From positions 6,138,001-6,202,000 of the forward strand of contig CM022677.1 in NCBI GenBank assembly GCA_012295275.1: a DNA stretch of 64,000 nt, in the 5' to 3' direction. This document shows, piece after piece, positions 36,791-51,059 of this stretch (the first letter of the stretch is position 1; each line of letters opens with the position of its first letter). This DNA comes from Chrysomallon squamiferum (Eukaryota > Animalia > Mollusca). The position numbers and the translations under genes are program-made. The notes beneath the pieces are model-generated. The model did no database searches. It was not told the origin of the DNA and worked only from the letters and a program-made list of their open reading frames with translations.

Positions 36791-39155
36791 TATTTATTTT
36801 TATTGTTTATATTTTAATTATTTATCCCATATTAATAGATACGGTATATTGTTTATGTAAATTGATATATTGATATTCCTGGAACGTACCTACACATTTA
36901 CATTTATTACTCATTATACAGCTGTATACGACGTTTCGTTGTCAGCGATTTTCTGTGGTGTGCAATGACTTACACCGAGAACCCCACAAACAGAAGAAAG
37001 AAAGAAACTATAGCTGAAGGGAGATTACTCTCATATAATTTAATATAATTTTTTATTTCGGGGGGAGGCGCGATTTCTCTTTTATTTGCGGTGTTTTTTA
37101 TTTATGTTTTTTTTCAGTTAAATGTAGATTCTAAGAATCACAAAGATTTGACTTCTTTATATATACAGGTAATGGTAGAATATTACTTTCTTGAAATGTT
37201 TTTTGCTTTTTTTGTATTCTTTATATACTTTGGAGTACATGTTTGTAATTTAGTTTGTAAAATGTTTCGTCGTCTGCTTTATGGAAAGTTTTCAAGGGCA
37301 GATAATCGAAAATGAATTATTAAACAATACGATGTAGAATCTTGTCACAAGACTCGAGTGTAATTTTTTTTTTTTTTTTTGAGAAAATTTAGCTGAATTT
37401 TTACTGATCAATCAGCAGAGTAATCAGTTATATTTTGCTTTTCATTTAAATTATTATGTAATTATATTTAGCAGCTATGTAATAGTATTTTCAAAAATAT
37501 AATTATCTTTTAAATTATATAACTAAAAAATAATGACAAAAATAAAATAAAAAAAATAAAAAAAATAAAAAAAAAATAAAAAAAAAAATTAAAATTAAAC
37601 CAAACTATAAAATTGATGTGAAGGAAGTAACGAATTTTTATCTGAATAAAATTTGCTGGTATTTTTCCTTCATAATCTGTGGAAAAATCTGAGATTCATT
37701 TCAGGCATCTGGCAAACAGAATACTGAATATCTCATATAGTTTCAAACCAGTACACACGTTTTATATCAAAATGATGATTTCTAAAGTTCAACAGTATTT
37801 TTAAGCATGATGCAGAAATTAACAAATTTTAATTAATTGCACTAAATAACTCAGATGTACCTTACAGTTTAATTATTAATTTCCCAATTTAAGTAACTGT
37901 TAATTCATTATTGACTTGTCTGTCAATTCTGAGTTGTTTATCAAAGTTCACATATCTAGAAACGAATATGAAAATGAAGCTGAATATATATAATACATCA
38001 TGATATTTGCTTTAATTTTAAATTACTTTAATTAGAGATTATGAGTTATATTATTAAATAAACATGGAATTTCATTCTTGATTAACTTACTTTTCTGAGT
38101 GTTTTAAGAAAATAATTTGATATATTCTTAATTACATAATTTGATAAATTTGAATTTTAGATTAATCATGTAATTTCATGTAGGGAGAGATGTAAATTGT
38201 GTGTGGAATGTCATGTTACTGAAGTCATAAAACAAAGTATCACATTCTGACACTGAAAGGTGCAGTTAATTTTCAGTAATATGAATACAATAATAAATAC
38301 AGTATTCATCTAGCACTTCACGCCATTCTGTAGTCTTATTATTGTTAATAATAAAATAAATTATTATTAAAGACCATACTTTTTCAGTATATAAGAAGGA
38401 CATTTATTTTGTGAATATGAATGTGTAAGAAAAATGCCTTTTGTAAACTAAATGTGAAAAAAGGACTCAATATTTTTATTGAAATGTACGCAAACTAATA
38501 AACACATGTTCCATATATCAATTCAAGTCTTTTGTTTTATGATTTACAGTCAGTGATCAAGTGGGTTAAGAAAATTTACATTTGAAGAAATCACAGTTGT
38601 TTTCACATCAGTGTTTACAATAATGTGTTCAAATTTTTTGGTAGAGATGTTCATTGCATTCGTAACAGTTCATTCAAATTTATCCTTAAAATGCATTAAT
38701 AATGAATAACAAAGCAAAAACAGAAAATGAAAAAAATTATTTTAATAAATATCAACATTAGTAATTATAACATCTAAACAACCAGTGTAAGTTAAATAGA
38801 TATTTCTCTGTACAGAAGACAGCAGGTACAGATCTAGGCTGTGGTGTGTTAACATATTTGTGTGATGAGAAAATATCAAAAATGTTCTCTTGCTCCTCTA
38901 CCATATAACACTTTCCTTTTTTCGCCTGAAATAAAAAATAAACAGTTACCAAGTAAAATTTCTCAAACAGATTGTCATAGAATTTTATGTTATTTTAAAA
39001 GAATGAGAAAGAGAGACAAAGCGAGAAAGGTATAATGAGAGAGAGAAAAAAATAAGGAAGATGATCAAAGAGAAAGAAAAAAACAAGTGAAACATAAAAA
39101 GTACAAAAACCCAACAACATTCAACGAAATAAAATAAAATTTTAGTGAACTATTG

Positions 39156-39197
<42 letters not shown>

Positions 39198-41309
39198 TGT
39201 ATACACACATTTTAAAGTTTTTATGGTTAATCTTTAAACTAACAGGCTCAGAAATCACATCCTGGCCTTAAATAAATGATAACTGTGATTACCAAAAACA
39301 CTTCTTATTAAAATACTTCAATGAAAACAACAAAGATAAAGATACCTGAAAACAAAAATCTAATAAAAATATTATTTCCTTTATAAACTTTGGTCTGTGT
39401 ATTTTATCAGAACATAAATATCAGAGAATTAACAGCATATTTTATCATGTTATTCTTTATCAGAAAATGTTGAATAGAGTATTAAAAAAAATCATACAAA
39501 CAGGATGGTAGAAAGTATTATTTTCTATATCAGAACACTGGATAGAGACAACAATCATCAGTTAAGTTGTATGGTTGAAATTATCATTCTTTGTATCAGA
39601 AAATGTTCTATAGAGCATTTTTAAAATCATTTTCTATGAAGTAGAATTGACATTTATTCATTCATTCATTTGTATAGTTTGTAAAAACAAAGGTTATCCA
39701 AAATCTAACAGTTATTTAAAGATAAGCTTTCATCCCTGTCCATTTCACAAAAAGAACTGACATAATTTTATGAGCACATGATACCAATACACATAATTAC
39801 AAACGAAAGAATACATTTTTTAATTTTTAATTATTTTTTTATCTGTTACCATTATTTTATTATTTTTTATTTATTTATTTATTTATTTATTTATTTTTGT
39901 TATATGTGAGCCTTTCAATATGCATGAAGGCAAAAACAAACTACTTTCTTTAAACCTAGGTATCATAATTATGCAAATACACTTTATGAACAGGGAAAGA
40001 CCATGAAAGAAAGAAAGACAGTGAAAGAGAGAATCAGAGATAGTGAGAGAGAAATAAAAATATTACAACATCATCACTATACCTGACTTTTGCCTCCTGT
40101 TCTGTACTTTTAACATCATCAACTTTTATGTTAATTCTTGACACTATCATTGGTTGTCCAAATATCTTAGCCTAGATAATAATAAACACATTTTTTTTAA
40201 TTATTCATAATAATCATTGTTAGTGTTAAGCAACAATGTTACAGTTGGGAGAAATATTTACAGAAAAAATTGTCAAATCAGATAGATATTTACAGATTCT
40301 ATGTTTAGACATACATAGACTTAGATAGACATAGGTAGATATATAGATAAACAAGCAAAGTTACATAAAGTCACAGCTTAAAGACAGACAGACAAAATAT
40401 TACAAGTCTTTGAATCAATCAGTGTTATAAAAGAAACAACCAAGAATAAACAATAGAATTAATCTCATTAAGATAGATATTTAATCATGTTAATCATTTT
40501 ATATTTATTAAGCTCTCTTGCTCCTCTCTCTTTCTCTCTCTCTCACACACACACACACACACTATATTAATAACTATTTTCTCGTTCTTTTATTTGTAAA
40601 TACATACATAGACTGTATTCAAACAAAATACATTTGTAAGTATGTGCGTGTATTTGATATAATAAAATCAGTGTATCTATTTGTAATGAAAATAAAGTTA
40701 ATAAAAATAATGTACTAATAATATTTTAAAACTGTTTATCCAAAAATTACACTGGCTCATATATATGTATATATATTCACAAACACGCACACACACACAC
40801 ACTATAACTGAAAAAAAATAATTTTGTACACAGAATACAACAAATACAGATAGACAGATAGCTGTGAACTGTTATTACTGCACTACTACAAACTATATAA
40901 TCACTCACCATGACCTTTCAACATGGCTGCAGAGTCAGAAACGAGAATGGCTGGCCAGAATGGCATGCATATTATTACCCAGCATTCCTAGAGGAAGATA
41001 AATAAATAAATAAATAAATGAGATGACAAATTTCAATAAATAAGAACCATATATATGTTAAAATAAAAAATAACTATAACTGTTTACCAGGATATCCCCT
41101 AAGTGCTGTCAGTTTAATCAGGAAGCTAATGAGTTTCCACCAGTATTCAAGCTCTATCAGTCAGAGTTGTGTCCCTTGGTGGTATAAACAAAGACTAAGG
41201 ACACAGTATTTTATTTAATATTCAAGCATATATTCAGAGACAGTATTATTCAAAGTTCAAACACTATATTCAGGGATACAGTGTTCAGATATACTATGAT
41301 CAACCGAGT

Positions 41310-41515
41310 CACAATTGCACAATGTACAATCGGTTCCACAAACCAGGTCAAGAGGAGAACGTCCTGTCCATGTAGATTGTCTCGGCTGTCTGTAGATCTC
41401 TGAGCTGATCATCAGTTGAGAACTCCACCATTTTGTCAGCATCTCCATCCGTGAACAAGAGGAAGCATCTTGTGTTTGTGTCCAGGGTGCTTGTAGGTGC
41501 AGCACTCTCTGGAGG
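41310..41515 (-). mobile_element. MULE (Mutator-like) transposase fragment
   Basis: LHLQAPWTQTQD..FLLFTDGDADKMVEFSTDDQLRDLQTAETIYMDRTFSS*PGLWNRLYIVQ resembles the MULE motif FLLxD..IFxT..L..YMDGTFxxxP..QLYxxH. Confidence 0.82.
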
Positions 41516-41809
41516 CAAAACAAAACAATGTAAAACAAAGGAAGATTAATCAATTTTCAAAAAAAGCACAAGATTTGATTGTTTTTAAGTGACAGAGAAG
41601 ATTGGATTAATAGGCTAAATGAAACAATTTATGAAACAAAGAAGGATAAAAAAATTTAACAAGAAATATAAGGTCGCTCAAGACAAAACAAACAATACAT
41701 TTACTGTATTGGATTAACCCATTCAGCAGCGAGGTAGGGTCAGGTTGTTGTTTCAGTATTAATTTTGACAAAATGGGATTGTACAAGATGGGACGACACC
41801 ACACACACA

Positions 41810-42385
41810 CAAACACACTATTATCTGAGTAGCAATTACAACTGTTGCTGATACACTCACACACACAAACACACGCTATTTTCTGAGTACTATTACTGAT
41901 ATACATACACATACACTCACTCCCTCACACATACACACACACACAGTTGCTGATAAAAACATTCACTCTGACACACTTACACACACTATTATCTGAGAAG
42001 TAATTATCACTATTGCTAATACACACACACACTCAAACATACTATTATCTGAATAGCAAGTATCACTATTGCTGATACACATATACATATCACTGAAGCA
42101 ATTTATCTAAAAACAAAAGTAGACATGATAATAAAAACAAGTATCACTATTGCTGTCACTCACACACACAGACACATACATTATTATCTAAGTAACAATT
42201 ATCACTGTAAAAAAAAATATAACCTAGACATACACACACAAACAAACAGGAACACACACACACACACACACTATTATCCGAGTAGTAGCAATTATCACTA
42301 TTATTGATAAAAACACACTCACACAAACACTGTTATCAGAGTATCAGTTATCACTATTGCTGATACACACACACACACACACACA
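41810..42385. repeat. Degenerate minisatellite (CACTATTATCTGAGTAGCAATTATCACTATTGCTGATA + (CA)n)
   Basis: Recurrent unit interleaved with CA runs. Paralogs at 56390-56530 and 57225-57820. Confidence 0.85.
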
Positions 42386-43188
42386 CACTCTCAGGAACAT
42401 AAATATATATAAAGCTAAAATAACAAAATTAATTATAAAAGGCAGAAAGAGACTCAGAGACAGCGTAAGAGAGATGTAGATATATCTATCTATCTAGATA
42501 GATAGATAGATATAATTATTTAAAAACATTTACAAAATTAAAATCAGTAACAGTTACTTTTAATGAATCAAATGGCTACTACTGACCACAAATGGCTTTC
42601 ACTGCATCTGTACCAGCTGTTCTCGACCCATCTAAGTTAATGGTTGCTAGCTGAGTCAGTGACACCAACAAAGGCAGTTGTCCAAAAGTACTAGAGTTTA
42701 GTTTTGCTTTTCTTAAACTGACATATTACAAGTTTGTAAATTTCTCTTTGGACAGTTTCATTTTGATAAAAAAGTCCATCATCTTTCATTCATGCCATAT
42801 GTCAGAGAAAAGACTTACATAGACAGACAGACAGACAGACAGAAACTCAGAAACAAAACAAGATTAGATTCATCTTGATAAATAGAGAGAGAGAGAGAAT
42901 TTTTTCATGAACATGAGAACAAGGCAAAAAGGAAATTAGCAGTTTTTACATATTTAATACACATACCTAATAAACAACTGGAGTTCAGACTTAATTCCTG
43001 CAGAGAACTTGTGTCTGGTTTGGATTCTGGAATATCTAAAGTAAATGAAAAATAATATCAAGAAACTTTGCAACTGTATTTTAACTATCAGCAGAAAAAG
43101 AAAAAAACAAAAAGAAGAAAAAATATAATAATGAGAAATTTGTGAAATCTAAATAGTTAGAAAATATACGTGTTTGTGTGTACATTTG

Positions 43189-43240
<52 letters not shown>

Positions 43241-43309
43241 GAGAGAGAGAGAGATAGATTAATATGATATAATAATATCAAATCTAAATAAACCATCAAA
43301 AGTAAGTTG

Positions 43310-46300
43310 TTAACTTTTGCATCATTCAGATGAAAAGCTGATTGAATACAGCAGACAAAAACTGAAGCGCAAATACACATCATCGACAAAACAACTAAAA
43401 TAAACAAAAATCAAAATGGAAAAGAAATATATTTCGAAATAGATACAAAATCATTAAAAGCTATAGGTCCCAGCATAACTATCTGGGATGAAGTATTTAC
43501 TGTCAGGGTTTTACCAAAAATAATCCCTGACGACAAACAAACAAAGAAAACATCCACACCACAACCCAGAAAAACACTGCTCACACAACAGCAGCCAAAA
43601 CAAACACTCATTACACAACAGCCCAAACAACAAAAACAAAGAAACAACAATTCACAAATACATCTCCAAAGATTTGTGTTTTTATTACCCCTATGCGGAC
43701 AAGCATGATTTCTTTGAGATGTTCAACAAAGAAGTAATACAACAAACAAAAGCTAAATTAGTCGCTGTGTAAATGTGGAAAAAGCCAAGCTACTGGACCA
43801 AGCTGACATTTAGCAGCAAGTTAACAAACACAACCATCACTGTTCATGGGTACCAATACACACTGACAGAAATGAGGCTGCAGTTGCCCTTGTGTGGACA
43901 CTGTCAGAAATGGGCGCACATCACAAACCAGCGCTCCCACAGACACAACAAGAAATCACCACAGAAACTCAGGTCAATGCTGTTCTCTAGCAAAGTGTGC
44001 GAATTGCCAGGGTCCACACACACCACATTACAAAATGTGCCCATCAAAAATTACTGCCAGGAACAACTGTGTTTGAACACAACAGAAGCGAAAACAAAAT
44101 TCTACAAAACGTTAATAAAAAATGCATAAAGATCAAACGAAAAAACAAAACCATCATTGAAAAAATCAACCACCACAACAACAAACCAAAAGACAATCTG
44201 GACAAGGAGGTCAGAATTGCAGAAATCCACAAAATTATTGTCTGCCACCTCATCGAACTTCAAAACATTAGAAACAATCAAGGAAACATCACTGTTGACT
44301 CCAATTTGGAGCACACAGTAGCCAAATAATCAAAGACAGCTTGGGCTTCAAGATCTCCACAGAAAACAGATTTAAATTACACACAGACAAGAGAAGTCCC
44401 ACAAACACAAAACAACAGTGAACAAAAAAAACACCAAACAGTACCAACCATTTACACACTATTCACAACAAGCACACAATAACACAGACCTCTCCACTCT
44501 TCACAACAACCACACAATAACACAGACCTCTCCACTCTTCACAACAAGAACACAATAACACAGACTCTCCACTCTTCACAACAAGCACACAATAACACAG
44601 GCCTCTCCACTCTTCACAACAAGCACACAGTAACACAGACCTCTCCAATCTTCACAACAATCACACAATAACACAGACTCTCCACTCTTCACAACAACCA
44701 TACAATAACACAGACTTCTCCACTCTTCACAATAAACACACAATAACACAGACCTCTCCACTCTTCACAATAAACACACAATAACACAGACCTCTCCACT
44801 CTTCACAACACACAATAACACAGACCTCTCCACTCTTCACAACAAGCACACTAATAACACAGACCTCTCCACTCTTCACAACAAGCACACTAATAACACA
44901 GACCTCTCCACTCTTCACAACAAGCACACTAATAACACAGACTTCTCCACTCTTCACAACAAGCACACTAATAACACAGACCTCTCCACTCTTCACAACA
45001 AGCACACAATAACACAGACTCTCCACTCTTCACAACAAGGACACAATAACACAGACCTCTCCACTCTTCACAACAAGCACACAATAACACAGACCTCTCC
45101 ACTCTTCTGAGCAACGCTAAACACCTCCACTCAGCAGGCCACGGAGACAAACTCGTACACTTCCTGACCTCCACTCAAAACACACCAGACGTAATATGCA
45201 TGGCTAGGACATTACAACAAAAACAACAAAACAACAAAAGCCTCATTCAAGTGGGCAAGTTCAACTGTCACAACACCTTATGGGGTGGCTCGACACACGA
45301 CAGTCCTGGAATTGTCCTCATAAACTTCATAGAGCAAAACCAGCTGTTCTGTCTGAATGACGGAACATTCACATACACCAGCGACATCAATGGTGGCCAA
45401 TCTGCCATTGATCTAACATTCACAAAGTAAGGACATCACAGTGCTTGAACAGCAAGAACACTTTCTTGGACAGATCCATTTTCACATCCAAATGGAACTT
45501 CAAGAAAGCGGACTGGGAAGGTTTCTACAAAGCATGCAGAAACATCACCACAGAGAACCCCAACCACATCAGCACCTATGGCACATCGCTCACTAACATG
45601 ATACACTCCACTGCCAACAGATTCATACCCAAAACCAGACAATGCACCAGCAAAATATCCACTCCCTGGTGGATGGAATGCATAGAAAAGAAATGCAAAG
45701 AAAGAAACAAATTCAGAAGACAATATAAAAAAGACAGAAATTATTCCACAGACGAAAAATACAAAATAGCAAAAAAAAGAAGTTTCCAACCTAATTCTCA
45801 GTGCAAAACAAGAACACTGGGAACTCTTTTGTAACATCGACCACAAAACATCAGTCGAAGACATGTGGGCCAAAGTGAAAAACATCTGAGGCAAAATTCC
45901 CCACATAATCAACACTCTCAGCAAAAACAACATCGCATTCACAGACAAACAAAAAGCAGACCTACTCGGTGAAACTTTTGCCAAGTCCAGCAGCAACTCG
46001 AACTTCCCACTGAAATTCACAAAGAAACCACTGGACAACTCAACAATCGACCAACCTTCCGCAGACACAGAACACTTGAAATAAAATCAACTCTTCAACA
46101 TCACCAAATTAAAACAAGAAAAGTACAGCCACAGGGCCAGATAAAATAAGCTACACAATACTACAACACCTACCAGATGAAACATTACTCATTGTACTCG
46201 ATCTCTACAACACAATATGGACAACAGGCAAGATTCCAACAAACTGGAAACACACGAATGTTTCAGCTTGCCCAAACCACACAAAGATCACTCACTACCC

Positions 46301-48970
46301 AACAGCTACAGACCGATCATGCTGACGTCACACATGTGCAAAACACTGGAAACGATGATCAACACACGCCTGAGCCAGCATCTAAACAACAACAATTTAA
46401 TCAGCAAATATCAAAGCAGGCTTTAGGAAGAAACACAGCACAAACAACCAGATCACCTGTCTGCAAACAATAATCAACCAATCTTTTAGGAAATCTAAAA
46501 AAGTCATCGCAGTATTCCTAGACACTGAAAAAGCATTTGACATGGTATAGAGGGAAGGACTGCTCGTCTCAAAACATCAAAAACATTAAAGTCAACAGAT
46601 CCATAGCAAACAAAGAGAAAAATGACAATCGAAAAAAATGGCATCCCACAAGGATACATGATCTCGCCAACACTCTTCAACATCTACATCAACGACATCG
46701 TCACAGCTCTCAACAAACAACACCAAAAATCCACCAACTGAACCAATAAACACAGCACTCTCTGCAGACGACTGCAACTTTTGATATGCAGATGGAAACA
46801 AATACAAGAATACCTAAACAACATAAACGACTGGGCATTGAAATGGGGAATAAAGATTTCTCTTTCCAAAACGACACACTTCCTTTTCAACAAAAAAACA
46901 GATAACAACAAAATCACACTAAACATCAACAACAATGTCATAACACAAAACATTCCAATTTCTAACCAACATTCAACAGCCAACTCAACTTCGGATGCCA
47001 CATACACAACATAACTGCATCCTGCAAAAAAACACTCAGTCTTCTAAAGTTAATTTCTGGAACCAGTTGGGGAGCAAACGAGTCAACGCTAATTTTGATA
47101 TACAAAGCATGTATTCTCTTGACTATGGAGCCACGGCTTACTCGAATGCTCCCGAACACTCTTTAACAAAAACTAGATGTAATTCAATCCAGCGACCTCA
47201 GAGTGATCAGCCACCTGCCAAACACAACACCACCCGACAGCCTCCTGTCAGAATACTGCATCCAACCACTCAAATACAGAAGAAAGCTGCAGCTACTGAA
47301 ATACAGCCTGAAAATACACACCCTCAACACAGACCACCCTGTCAAGGATCTGGATCCCCGACCAACAAAGAATAGGCAACCCTTTAAATCGCATAGTCTA
47401 CTACTATCAAATTTCCTGACAACAGCCAACAAAATTGAAAGGGAAACAGGAATAGGGGAAATGCCACTGCCGGCATACCACAAAGAAGCAAAACTAGCAA
47501 TAAACACACATTTCCTAATTAAAACAGAAACAGACAAAACAAGTTCCCACAAAAACGACCACTACAAAACAACCAATGGATCGGAAAAAACCCAAACAAC
47601 GGGAGAGTAGGATTTGCCTTCATAGCCCAAGATCACACAAACAAACCCACATGCATACAATTCGCCCGTATCAGAAATCACCTTTCAGCAAGCACGGCTG
47701 ACTTTGTTGCCATCATCAGAGCCATACTGTGGGTGAAACACAACAACAACAAACACACAGTCATATTCTCAGACAGCCTAATTTCTGTCAACTCAGTACA
47801 ATCCGGACATTCCAGCAGACCAGACCTACTCAGCAGAATACAACATCTACACGAGGACATACAACACAACAACAAACAACAAATCATCAAGTGTTTCCCA
47901 GCACGTCAGCATCATCAGCAACGAACTTGCCGACCACTACACCAAAGAGTCACTCAGCATCAAAGACGAAGACATCTGTACAGACATACATTACGGAATA
48001 AACGAAATTCTCTCCATCGCTGCCAAACATTACGACAAACAGTGGCAAAACGAATGGAACAACACCAAAAACACATGGCACTTAAACATCAAACCATTCG
48101 CCAAAACACTCTAAATCACACTCGCACACAAACTACACAACAACAATCTCACCATAGCCAGAACTGGTTACTTGACCAATTTAAATACAAATATCACAAC
48201 ACCACATCACCCAACTGCAGCTGTGGACTCTGAAGCCATGAAACACTACTTGTTTCATTGTCAAAATTTCGCTGAGGAAAGACAAGCACTACGCAATACA
48301 CTGGAGGAACTAAAAACTGAGTTCACGCTCCAACACATCCTGGCACCAAACGTGAAAGACAGAGAGTTAGTCCTCACTGCAGTAACAACATACATTCTGA
48401 ACACAAAACACAAACTTTAGACTCTGTTTTTTCTTCTTTTTTGACACAAAAACAAACAACAATTGAATGAATTTATTGATTTACAGATTGGTTGGTTGAA
48501 CAGCTGATGGATCAATGGATGGATCGGCTGACTGTCGGATCAACTTGAATAGCCAATTAAATTAATAATTAAAAACAAAACTATACGTACTATATGTACT
48601 TACATTCAGACCATACTAACCCGGTTATTGGTTTTTTCTTTTTTTTAAATGTGCATAATAAATGAATAGGAGACCTTCAACAAGCCAGACAAGTGGCAGA
48701 AACAACCCACTCTCTATCCACTCTGTACCCACTCTCTATCCACTCTCTATCTACTCTCTTTCCTTACCCAAATCTCTTTTCTGCGAAGGACACTCCTGCT
48801 GACCTGTCAGAAAGTGTGTCTGTCGTAGACGTGCTTCACAACAGCTTGCTCTGATTTTTTTCAAGTTCAAGTTCACTTGTATCTGAGTTACCTAAAAGGT
48901 CTCACAAGCTAGTCAAGAAAATCCTCTGAAATGCTGGTTTGTGCTGGTGGTATAATACGTATATTTAAAC
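43310..48970 (+). mobile_element. Degenerate near-full-length I-group (I/Nimb/Loner-like) LINE, copy 1
   Basis: ORF1 gag zinc knuckles (CGHCQKWAH, CANCQGPH). APE (PDVIC, FNCHNTLWG, LNDGTFTY, SAIDLTF), WNFKKADW, RT (YRPIMLTSHMCKTLE, FLDTEKAFD, GIPQG..ISPTLFNIYIND, ADD), RNase H (VIFSDSL), terminal CxC..HYLFHC, then a 3' UTR. Many stops and frameshifts. Confidence 0.93.
44457..45107. repeat. 38-bp minisatellite (CACAATAACACAGACCTCTCCACTCTTCACAACAAGCA) x~17 inside the LINE
   Basis: Tandem units between ORF1 and ORF2. Confidence 0.97.
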
Positions 48971-49731
48971 AACTATCTTGTTTCATGTGTGAGTCATTGT
49001 TTCCTACTATTTGTTCATGATTGGGCAATTTTGTTGATTTTGTACATTCCCCTTTTTTTAGCCAGATTTATCTAAATAAACAAATATAGAAAGAAAAATT
49101 AATAAAATAAAAATAAAATAACAATAAATAAAAAATAAGCATCAAGTTTATCATTCTAAATCTTAACATACATTATTAAAAATATTTTTTGTACCCTTTC
49201 CAGGCTAGGAGCAAAATGATTAATTTCAAATTAAAATCTTTGGGAACAAATATCTCAGTCATGGAAAATTATTATAAATTATCAATGAATTATACTTAAA
49301 CAATGTTTTAATACTGACTTTATTTATCTGGATATGATGGTAACATTCAAGAAGCAGCAAAAATAGCATTAAAAAAGACTAAATCATTTACCTGCAGTAA
49401 ACCTTACAATTAATGAGTTAAGATCTTGATTAAAAACATAATTTTTGTAATTGTTCATTACAGAGAATAAAATAAAGAGAATTCTACCATGTTTAACTAA
49501 CACTCTGTGAAATAAATATTACTTTCAAATTATTAATAGTGGCTCCTGTTTTATAACTTATAGAAAAAAAAACGTCACCCAAATAATAGTTTAACATCCC
49601 AGTCACCCAAATGGAACTTTGATAGCATTTGGTGACTGGCCATTACAAGCCCTGCATTCATATGTAATGTACATATGTACTTAAACACATTACTGTTATT
49701 TATTATTATTAAACATATTGATACCACTTAC

Positions 49732-50985
49732 TTCAGAACAGTTCTCTGTTTTATTGACTTGCTCTGACTGACTAGTAACAGTATCAGATGAATTTGTCAT
49801 CTTCAGGTCTTTTTTGTCATAATCACCTACAAAACCAGAAAGAGATTTATTTTCAGCTTGCACAATTATGTTTGCAAAACAAGATTACATTTTAGCAATT
49901 TTGGAAGTAAAGATGGATTAGCCACAGTTAACAAACTCAAAATGGTTTCCAGCTTACAGTTTGTTTTATCTGTATTCACTGAGTACATTTCTCTCTTTTA
50001 TTTCCTCTTTCATCTTGAACTTCTACAATGATCTAGCAGACTGTTTTGGCAGGCATTATTTCTCATAAACAAAAACAAATTCATAAGAAAGGCATTTAAT
50101 CCCAAATCTAAACTAATTACTTCTGCTAGTTAGATTCTTCAATAGCTGATGGATGCTATTAATTTAAATGTTATGATAAACATGCAGAGAAGTTTTCAAT
50201 GCCAGTATTTTAAAAAATAAATATTTAAATATTAAATATAAATAAAATTAAAAATTAAATATAACTATTTTAGTTAGAGTGATGACAAATATGTCTAAAA
50301 AACCACAGTGCTAATGGAAGTATACTAAGTCACCTGCTGCTCAACTTCCAGGCTTTTCACTTTGCCACTGTCACACACAGCTGTCACAGTCATCTGACAA
50401 GTTTTCATGTTTTTCTTTGCCTGGCTTTAGCATGTTCAAGTTTTTCAAGTCTCCTGATATTTGATGTTGAGATTGGTGACTGGTGTAAGACTCTCCAACT
50501 TAAGAATTGTTGTAGTCTGACGTGGTCAGCTTCAATGTCCAGGACACCAAAATTGAGCTTTTCATCAGCAGAAATTTCAACAACTCTGAGTCAGAGTCAC
50601 ATTGGTGGGTGCACTGCCAAGTTTGAGTAGATAAATAAATAAATAAATATTTAAAATAAGGTATAAAATATAAATAAAATACTGCTACTACTACATTTAC
50701 TGCAACACTTTATTTTCATCATTACTACAACTAATATTTACTATTATTCCTTATTCAACTAGGGTTACTGTTATTAAAATAATACTCCTATTACTAAAAT
50801 TACTATCCATTAATAATAAAAGTGATATTTTTTGTCTGTATTTCTGTATACTAATATTATTATAATTACTACTGCAACAACGACTACTATCACTGCTGCT
50901 GTTAACCTACTTTTCTTGTTACATTTATCATAACAATTTCTCTAAATACAACTACTGTTAGTAGTGCTACTACTACTACTACTAC

Positions 50986-51059
<74 letters not shown>

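Larger units (their letters stand above)
38758..43035 (-). pseudogene. Unidentified exon-like fragments (possibly the downstream part of the CAMSAP-like pseudogene)
   Basis: Islands mostly AG/GT-bounded at ~42967-43035 (IPESKPDTSSLQELSLNSSCLL), 42558-42810, 40908-40987, 40083-40171 and 38758-38925. Duplicated at 53904-58720. Confidence 0.35.
38597..47834 (+). repeat. Direct segmental duplication (paralog of 53744-64000)
   Basis: Near-identical collinear sequence, e.g. identical ORFs 38758/53904, plus shared MULE fragment and LINE. Confidence 0.96.

Noticed and set aside
38758-38952. Possible CAMSAP CKK-domain exon (KVLYGRGARE in one frame)
   Set aside because: Resemblance too weak and interrupted. 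The CKK motifs FRxLY and YKYxS were not found.
44457-45107. CRISPR-like or Cys-rich repeat-protein ORFs in the 38-bp array (also 60247-61257)
   Set aside because: Pure tandem repeat with a unit length not divisible by 3. Derived from LINE sequence.
45436-46068. Long antisense ORFs over the LINE (also 61609-62217)
   Set aside because: By-product of the A/C-rich sense strand. No recognisable protein.
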